Program-made: the position numbers and the translations under genes
Notes under the pieces: model-generated
Databases searched by the model: none
What the model saw: the letters and a program-made list of their open reading frames with translations, nothing else
Told to the model about the DNA's origin: nothing
NCBI RefSeq assembly: GCF_003991975.1
Contig: NZ_CP029822.1
Coordinates: forward strand, 2,171,648 to 2,195,647
Length of the DNA: 24,000 nt
Reading direction: 5' to 3'
Origin: Entomomonas moraniae
GTDB lineage: Bacteria > Pseudomonadota > Gammaproteobacteria > Pseudomonadales > Pseudomonadaceae
Shown: positions 18,198 through 24,000 of the stretch, piece after piece
How positions within the stretch are numbered: the first letter of the stretch is position 1
Layout of the letters: the number at the start of each line of letters is the position of its first letter

Positions 18198-19601
18198 TTA
18201 AACGCTGTAATATAACTCATACTCTAGTGGGTGTACGAATGTTCTTACTTTAATTTCTTCTGCTGCTTTTAGCTCAATATAAGCATCAATAAGTCCATCG
18301 TTAAACACACCACCTTTGGTTAAGAATTCACGGTCTGCATCTAATGCTTCTAGCGCTTCTTTTAAGCTTCCACATACTTGAGGAATTGCTTTTGACTCTT
18401 CTGGTGGTAAATCATATAAATTCTTATCCGCGGCATCGCCAGGATGAATTTTATTTTGAATACCATCAAGACCCGCCATTAACAATGCCGCAAACGCAAA
18501 ATATGGGTTAGCCGCAGGATCAGGAAAACGCGCCTCAATACGACGAGCTTTAGGGCTAGTCACGTAAGGAATACGAATAGAAGCCGAACGGTTACGTGCT
18601 GAATACGCTAACATAACAGGGGCTTCAAATCCTGGCACTAAACGCTTATAAGAGTTTGTTGATGGGTTAGTAAATGCATTTAAGGCCTTACCGTGTTTAA
18701 TAATACCACCAATAAAATACAACGCTGTGTCAGAAAGTCCTGCATAGCCATCACCAGAGAAAGTATTTTTACCATCTTTAGCAATAGATAGATGCACGTG
18801 CATACCTGAACCATTATCACCATAAAGTGGTTTTGGCATAAAGGTAGCTGTTCTCCCGTAAATATCAGCCACATTATGGATCACATATTTCAGTGTTTGT
18901 ACTTCATCAGCTTTCGCTACAAGAGTATTAAATTTAACACCAATCTCATTTTGACCTGCTGTGGCTACTTCATGGTGATGAACTTCAACCACTTGTCCCA
19001 TTTCTTCCAATGCATTACACATCGCCGTACGAATTTCGTGGTCATGATCAACAGGGGGCACAGGGAAATAACCACCTTTCAAACCAGGGCGATGGCCTCT
19101 GTTGCCATCTTCAAAATCAGCATCAGTATTCCAACAACCTTGCTCAGAAATAATTTTGAACATAGAACCCGATACGTCAGACTTATATTTAACTTCATCA
19201 AAGATAAAGAATTCAGGTTCAGGACCAACAAAAACAGTATCACCAATGCCAGTTGATTTTAAATATTCTTCTGCACGTTTAGCCACGCCGCGTGGATCAC
19301 GATCATAACCTTGCATAGTTGCAGGTTCAATAATGTCACACACGATAATCAATGTAGGCTCAACAGTAAAAGGATCTAATACAGCTGTACTGTCATCTGG
19401 CATTAAAATCATATCAGAGGCTTCAATCCCCTTCCAACCAGCCATTGAAGAACCATCAAACATTTTACCTGCTTCAAAGAAATCTTCATCCACATCACGT
19501 GCTGGCATTGATAAATGTTGTTGTTTACCTTTAGTATCGGTAAAACGTAAATCGATCCACTTTACATCATGCTCTTTAATTAATTGCATTGTCTTTGACA
19601 T
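18198..19601 (-). CDS. glnA: Glutamine synthetase type I
   Basis: Collinear with enterobacterial GlnA ([46 protein letters not shown]). The adenylylation loop [10 protein letters not shown] is conserved. The track start (19613) is a TTG; I prefer the ATG at 19601, where GGAG lies 6 nt upstream and gives [10 protein letters not shown]. Confidence 0.96.
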   Translation of the reverse strand: MSKTMQLIKEHDVKWIDLRFTDTKGKQQHLSMPARDVDEDFFEAGKMFDGSSMAGWKGIEASDMILMPDDSTAVLDPFTVEPTLIIVCDIIEPATMQGYDRDPRGVAKRAEEYLKSTGIGDTVFVGPEPEFFIFDEVKYKSDVSGSMFKIISEQGCWNTDADFEDGNRGHRPGLKGGYFPVPPVDHDHEIRTAMCNALEEMGQVVEVHHHEVATAGQNEIGVKFNTLVAKADEVQTLKYVIHNVADIYGRTATFMPKPLYGDNGSGMHVHLSIAKDGKNTFSGDGYAGLSDTALYFIGGIIKHGKALNAFTNPSTNSYKRLVPGFEAPVMLAYSARNRSASIRIPYVTSPKARRIEARFPDPAANPYFAFAALLMAGLDGIQNKIHPGDAADKNLYDLPPEESKAIPQVCGSLKEALEALDADREFLTKGGVFNDGLIDAYIELKAAEEIKVRTFVHPLEYELYYSV

Positions 19602-19697
19602 AATCGTCTCCAAAAGATATGGCTAACAGCTAAAGTATTTCTAGCAAATAAAAAAACATCCCACTGATAGGGCTATCATAAACCTTATACTTACAAA

Positions 19698-19713
19698 AGC
19701 AAATTATATGCCA
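19698..19713 (-). promoter_or_regulatory. Sigma-54 (-24/-12) promoter for glnA
   Basis: The minus strand reads TGGCATATAATTTGCT, against the consensus TGGCAC-N5-TTGCW with exact GG-to-GC spacing. It lies about 97 nt upstream of the glnA ATG, comparable to the glnAp2 geometry. Confidence 0.6.
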
Positions 19714-19765
19714 TCCTCAAATAACCATGATTTACAGAGAACCAATGCAAATTAATGCCGAATAA

Positions 19766-19813
19766 TGCACCAAAATAGCACATACACTTTCATGACAGCG
19801 CCATAATAGTGCG
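19766..19813. promoter_or_regulatory. Possible NtrC-type enhancer sites upstream of the sigma-54 promoter
   Basis: TGCACCAAAATAGCACA (19766-19782) has a perfect left half-site against TGCACC-N5-GGTGCA but only 3/6 in the right half. AGCGCCATAATAGTGCG (19797-19813) matches 8/12 across both halves. The sites lie about 55-115 bp upstream of the -24 element. Confidence 0.3.
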
Positions 19814-19821
19814 CGCTATTG

Positions 19822-21219
19822 TTAGTTTAAACTCACTATTTTCCCTGGGTTTAAAATATTCTTAGGATCAAACGCACGCTTCAAGGCTCGCATCATATCT
19901 AATGCATTCTCACCATGCTCCTCTACTAGAAAGGGTATTTTATGCACTCCAACCCCATGTTCGCCCGTACAAGTACCATCCATTGCGATAGCACGCTGTA
20001 CAATCCCATGATTAATACGCTCCATTTCAGCCACTTCTTCGGCATTTTTAGGATCAATTAACAAAATCACATGGTAATTACCATCCCCAACATGCCCCAC
20101 AATAGTATAAGCAATACTTGACTTTGCTAACTCGTCAATCGTCACATCAATGCTCTCTGCCAATCTTGAAATAGGCACACAGACATCTGTACTCACACCA
20201 CGGCAACCAGGCTTTAATTGCATGGATGCAAAAAATGCATTATGCCTTGCAGTCCATAACTTATTACGGTCTTCTGTTTGTGTAGCCCAATTAAAATCCT
20301 GTCCTCCAGTCTCTTTTGCAATTTCTTGCACCATGCTGGACTGCTCTGTCACCCCATCGGGCGTACCATGAAACTCAAATAAAAGTACCGGTGATTCTTT
20401 CAAATCAAGATGGCTGTATTGATTAACCGCTTTCACTGCTGCTGTATCCATAATCTCAACACGCGCCACAGGAATTCCCATTTGAATAGTTGCAATAACG
20501 CACTGCACGGCATCTTGTACTGTAGGAAAACTACAAATAGCAGCTGAAATACCCTCAGGTTGAACATGAAGCTTAACCGTCACCTCGGTGATAATTCCTA
20601 GCGTCCCTTCACTTCCTACAAAAATGGCAGTTAAGTCATAACCCGCTGAGGATTTCTTCGCACGACTACTAGTGCGAATTACCTTTCCTTCAGCTGTCAC
20701 AACAGTTAGGGAAACCACATTATCACGCATTGTTCCATAACGCACTGCATTAGTACCAGAAGCACGGGTTGCAGCCATACCGCCAATAGTTGCATCAGCA
20801 CCAGGGTCAATAGGAAAAAATAATCCCATATTTCGTGTTTCATGGTTTAACTGCTTGCGTGTTACTCCTGCCTGCACCGTAGCAGTTAAATCCTCAGGAT
20901 TAACCGCTACAATATGGTTCATTTCAGATAAATCAATCGTCACCCCACCAGAAAAAGGTAACACATGCCCCTCAATAGAAGACCCTGCACCAAATGCGAT
21001 CACAGGTACATCATGCTCATTACAAAGTTTCACGACAGTAACAACATCATCTGTTGATCTTGCAAATACCACTGCATCGGGTGGACAGGTTGCATACATC
21101 GACTCATCACGACCATGATGTTCCCTAACCGCTAATGCTGTAGAAACACGATCACCCAAGGCAGAGGTTAACGCATCTAAAAAAATATTAGAAACGGGTC
21201 TTCTCGTACAAGTATTCAT
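19822..21219 (-). CDS. FAD-linked oxidase, GlcD / D-lactate dehydrogenase (cytochrome) family
   Basis: The 465-aa ORF has an N-terminal FAD_binding_4-type PCMH domain (VVTVVKLCNEHDVPVIAFGAGSSIEGH). The C-terminal FAD-oxidase domain ends in FDPKNILNPGKI, which is typical of GlcD/Dld proteins. Confidence 0.85.
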   Translation of the reverse strand: MNTCTRRPVSNIFLDALTSALGDRVSTALAVREHHGRDESMYATCPPDAVVFARSTDDVVTVVKLCNEHDVPVIAFGAGSSIEGHVLPFSGGVTIDLSEMNHIVAVNPEDLTATVQAGVTRKQLNHETRNMGLFFPIDPGADATIGGMAATRASGTNAVRYGTMRDNVVSLTVVTAEGKVIRTSSRAKKSSAGYDLTAIFVGSEGTLGIITEVTVKLHVQPEGISAAICSFPTVQDAVQCVIATIQMGIPVARVEIMDTAAVKAVNQYSHLDLKESPVLLFEFHGTPDGVTEQSSMVQEIAKETGGQDFNWATQTEDRNKLWTARHNAFFASMQLKPGCRGVSTDVCVPISRLAESIDVTIDELAKSSIAYTIVGHVGDGNYHVILLIDPKNAEEVAEMERINHGIVQRAIAMDGTCTGEHGVGVHKIPFLVEEHGENALDMMRALKRAFDPKNILNPGKIVSLN

Positions 21220-21439
21220 ATATATCCTAAAAAGAGTTAACTAATTTATAAAAAACATTAATCAACATTACACCACGACAAATAAGCATTTCAATAAAAT
21301 TTTAAAACAAAAGCTATAGGGTTTACCTAATTAATTTCTTACATACTAAAATTCACAACTATCGTATTTCATAACAAAGCGGTTTATCATAGATCAATAA
21401 AAATGATGACTTATAGAGAACACACGAACAACTATAGAC

Positions 21440-22366
21440 ATGACAATGCGTAAACCTGCTGATTTTTTCATGATACAAACCATGCTAATCATTTGTATTA
21501 CTTGGAGCCTACAACAAATATTTATCAAACTCGCCGCTAACGATATAACCCCCATCATGCAAGCTAGCCTGCGTAATGGTATTGCGGCCTTGCTTGTTGG
21601 TTTAATGATCGTTATAAAAAAAGGCTGGAGTCCTTCATGGAAAGGAACACTTAAACCTGGCATCATTACAGGTATCATATTTGCTGGCGAATTCTTGTTC
21701 ATAGCACTAGGGCTACAATATACCTCAGCGTCACACATCGCCATATTTCTCTATACGGGCCCCATTTTCACAGCACTAGGGTTAAATTTCTTTGTTGCTA
21801 CGGAACGCCTAAAACCACTACAGTGGATCGGAATTACCATCTGCTTTATTGGCATACTCACCGCCTTTGGTAGCAGTCTTCTACAGAATGAAATAGATAT
21901 AACCAGTCTGCTGGGGGATTTTTTTGGACTACTTGCTGGCCTTTTTTTGGGATCAATCACCGTTATCATACGTTCTACAAAACTCTCTGAAGCACCTCCC
22001 ACACTAACACTCTTTTACCAACTACTGATTGGTTTTATTATACTCCTCATCATAGCTCTCATTTCAGGGCAATCAGCCATATTTCACCTTACGCCTATTG
22101 CCATCAGTAGCTTAATATTCCAAGGTGTCATTGTCTCTTTCATCAGCTATCTTATTTGGTTTTGGCTACTACGAAAATATGTAGCAACAACACTCACCAT
22201 CTTCACCCTAATGACTCCTATATTTGGTGTTGGTTTTGGTGTACTCATCTTAAATGACAAACTCACCACTAACTTTATAATAGGTGCAATATTTATATTA
22301 CTAGGCATACTCCTTGTTAGTAACGAAGCCACTTTATCGCGTTTTATTAAACGCTTGCATAAATAA
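21440..22366 (+). CDS. EamA/DMT-superfamily transporter (second copy in window)
   Basis: The 308-aa polytopic protein has the duplicated EamA architecture. Its start is uncertain because no SD precedes 21440; in-frame ATGs at 21446, 21470 and 21482 are alternatives. Confidence 0.75.
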   Translation: MTMRKPADFFMIQTMLIICITWSLQQIFIKLAANDITPIMQASLRNGIAALLVGLMIVIKKGWSPSWKGTLKPGIITGIIFAGEFLFIALGLQYTSASHIAIFLYTGPIFTALGLNFFVATERLKPLQWIGITICFIGILTAFGSSLLQNEIDITSLLGDFFGLLAGLFLGSITVIIRSTKLSEAPPTLTLFYQLLIGFIILLIIALISGQSAIFHLTPIAISSLIFQGVIVSFISYLIWFWLLRKYVATTLTIFTLMTPIFGVGFGVLILNDKLTTNFIIGAIFILLGILLVSNEATLSRFIKRLHK

Positions 22367-22381
22367 AAAGGAGAATACAAA

Positions 22382-23083
22382 ATGCAATTACATGAATGGA
22401 CCCAAGACCCCAAACAAGCCATCATCCTACAAAAACAACTAGCTTCCAGAGTTGAGAAGAATGATAGACTCCCTGATAAAATAAATTTTGTTGCAGGCGT
22501 TGACATAGGGTTTGAAAAGCAAGGTGAAGATACAATCACCCGCGCTGTTATTGTCGTATTGAACTACCCAACACTCCAAGTTGTCGATTATGCACTGCAT
22601 CGCGAACCCACCAGAATGCCATACATACCAGGGCTACTCTCCTTTCGAGAAGTACCTGCTGCTATTGCTGCATACCAAAAACTTAAGCAACAACCAGATC
22701 TGCTTATGGTCGACGGACAAGGAATCGCCCACCCAAGAAGGCTTGGGGTAGCCTCACACCTTGGGCTATGGCTAGATAAACCAACCCTTGGTGTAGCCAA
22801 AAAAAGACTCTGTGGAAAACACCCCGAGCTTCCACCACAAAAAGGAAGTCATGTTCCTCTAGAAGATAAAGGCGAAATAATTGGTACCGTTTTACGCTCA
22901 AAAGACAACATTAACCCACTATACCTATCCATAGGCCATCGCATAAGCCTACAAACAGCTTGTAACTGGGTTAACGCTTGCCTAACTAAATACAAACTCC
23001 CAGAACCGACAAGGCAAGCTGATCGATTAGCCTCTCGCCGCGTTCCAGAAGAACAGATATTCAAAGAATGGCAAATACTCTAG
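22382..23083 (+). CDS. nfi: Endonuclease V (deoxyinosine 3' endonuclease)
   Basis: The 233-aa ORF has Nfi motifs (VAGVDIGF, YIPGLLSFREVP, VDGQGIAHPRRLGVASHLG, VAKKRL). AAGGAG SD lies 8 nt upstream, and the gene starts 15 nt after the EamA gene stop. Confidence 0.93.
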   Translation: MQLHEWTQDPKQAIILQKQLASRVEKNDRLPDKINFVAGVDIGFEKQGEDTITRAVIVVLNYPTLQVVDYALHREPTRMPYIPGLLSFREVPAAIAAYQKLKQQPDLLMVDGQGIAHPRRLGVASHLGLWLDKPTLGVAKKRLCGKHPELPPQKGSHVPLEDKGEIIGTVLRSKDNINPLYLSIGHRISLQTACNWVNACLTKYKLPEPTRQADRLASRRVPEEQIFKEWQIL

Positions 23084-23289
23084 CGTCTTTTTAACTTAAA
23101 CTGCCTAAAAGACCAATACTCAAGCAATGTAAAAATAGCCACTAAAATAGCTACAATAGCGGCTGTTTCCATTAACCAAATCATTTTAAAACCTAGCGCA
23201 ACAACAATAAGCACCAAACAAGCAACCACTAATCTAATCCCTGATTTAACTAAAAGTCTCGAACGTCTAATACGTCGGCTAATTTTCAT
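23080..23289 (-). CDS. Hypothetical small membrane protein (69 aa, 2 predicted TM helices)
   Basis: The ORF has Arg/Lys-rich termini flanking two hydrophobic segments (LVVACLVLIVVALGF, TAAIVAILVAIFTLL). The SD is weak. The 3' end overlaps the nfi stop by 4 nt in convergent orientation. I recognise no family. Confidence 0.4.
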   Translation of the reverse strand: MKISRRIRRSRLLVKSGIRLVVACLVLIVVALGFKMIWLMETAAIVAILVAIFTLLEYWSFRQFKLKRR

Positions 23290-23519
23290 AGCAACTTGTA
23301 ACCTTTGTCATATATACACCACACTATTTTTAACAAAATAAAAAATAAATGCAAGGGAGCAAGTCAGTCTATTGATAAAATAATAAAAAGAACACAACCT
23401 GCCAAAAATAACACCCTGTACCTACAAATAAATCATCTTATAAACCAGATTAAATAGAAATAATATAGCGCTTTTATAGTAACTACGCTGATAATCACTC
23501 ATAAAATATTCTAGCTAAC

Positions 23520-23547
23520 TTGACAGTCAAATATTTACGATTATATT
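23520..23547 (+). promoter_or_regulatory. Putative sigma-70 promoter for ansB
   Basis: TTGACA (23520-23525), a 16-nt spacer, and TATATT (23542-23547), about 70 nt upstream of the ansB ATG. Confidence 0.5.
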
Positions 23548-23617
23548 TATCCTACAGATAGTGCTTACTAAATACTCACTATCTCCTTACAATATTTTAA
23601 TAATAAAGAGGATTTTT

Positions 23618-24000
23618 ATGAAACAACTATGTTCGGGTATTATTTTTTCTATTGCAGCAATAGGACTAGGCATGCCAACACTCACATATGCAAACCAACA
23701 ACCTAAACCTAATGTTACTATTTTAGCAACAGGTGGCACCATTGCAGGGAGCTCTAAGTCAAGCACAGACACCACCAATTATGCCGCTGGTTCACTCAGT
23801 ATCCAAACATTATTCGATGCAGTTCCTAATCTAAAAGAAGTAGCCAACGTAACAGGTAAACAAATAGCCAATGTCGACAGCAATGATATTACTGCTGACA
23901 TACTCCTCACACTAAGCAAAACAGCAAATACCTTATTAAATGGCGATCAACAAGGCGTTGTAATCACTCATGGCACGGATACCCTAGAAGAAACTGCATT
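23618..24000 (+). CDS. ansB: Periplasmic L-asparaginase II (5' partial, runs off window)
   Basis: My translation is MKQLCSGIIFSIAAIGLGMPTLTYA|NQQPKPNVTILATGGTIAGSS...VVITHGTDTLEETA. It has a signal peptide, the catalytic TGGTIAG threonine motif, and HGTDT(L/M)EETA, collinear with E. coli AnsB. AAGAGGA SD lies 5 nt upstream. It is not in the track because no stop falls in the window. Confidence 0.9.
   Translation, partial: MKQLCSGIIFSIAAIGLGMPTLTYANQQPKPNVTILATGGTIAGSSKSSTDTTNYAAGSLSIQTLFDAVPNLKEVANVTGKQIANVDSNDITADILLTLSKTANTLLNGDQQGVVITHGTDTLEETA

Noticed and set aside
18680-19626. ORFs overlapping glnA on both strands (18680-18874 -, 18876-19256 +, 19102-19308 +, 19333-19626 +)
   Set aside because: All lie within or antisense to glnA, have implausible compositions, and lack translation signals.
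19744-19760. Second sigma-54-like element (minus strand CGGCATTAATTTGCAT)
   Set aside because: The GG-to-GC spacing is one nucleotide short of the canonical -24/-12 geometry. The element at 19698-19713 fits exactly.
21394-22539. Minus-strand ORFs (21394-21744, 21751-22002, 22147-22539) overlapping the second EamA gene and the nfi start
   Set aside because: They are antisense to a hydrophobic transporter gene, where the mirror frames of TM-rich genes commonly stay open. They have no SD and no recognisable domains.
22588-23064. Three minus-strand ORFs inside nfi
   Set aside because: They are antisense to a motif-verified endonuclease V gene, with Arg/Ser/Cys-rich nonsense-like sequences.
1-24000. 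Screened the whole window for mobile elements, tRNA/tmRNA genes, CRISPR repeats, toxin-antitoxin or defence-system signatures and abrupt composition shifts
   Set aside because: None was seen. Every sizeable ORF has a housekeeping assignment and intergenic regions are short and AT-rich, so I do not claim a novel system here.

Overview
This 24 kb window is AT-rich (about 40% GC by eye) and looks like core chromosome of a gammaproteobacterium. That assignment is inferred from gene content (AcnB, MnmC, CueR/CopA, YmdB-like and YhfL-like proteins). Coding density is high and the functions are housekeeping. In order: ilvE(-), ymdB-like macro domain(-), msrB(-), DUF1289-like Cys-rich protein(+), ilvA(+), a small YhfL-like lipoprotein(+, not in the ORF track), cueR(-) divergent from copA(+), and an EamA transporter(+). 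A long co-directional minus-strand run follows: acnB, mnmC, a cydA-cydB operon with an unannotated micro-ORF, a MocR/GntR-aminotransferase regulator, glnA, and a GlcD-like FAD oxidase. The window ends with a second EamA transporter(+), nfi(+), a small 2-TM ORF(-) and the 5' part of periplasmic asparaginase ansB(+). I found no tRNA/rRNA genes, transposases, integrases, CRISPR arrays, long repeats or compositional island boundaries. I see no convincing evidence for a novel multi-gene system here. The items worth a second look are small. They are two short ORFs below the track cutoff (a bd-oxidase accessory peptide and a YhfL-like lipoprotein), a strand-specific long-range stem in the acnB leader, and msrB-macro domain translational coupling. 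Three regulatory architectures can also be read directly: a MerR-type 19-bp-spacer copA promoter, a sigma-54 glnA promoter, and a dyad upstream of ansB. All homology statements come from remembered motifs and family sequences, not database searches.
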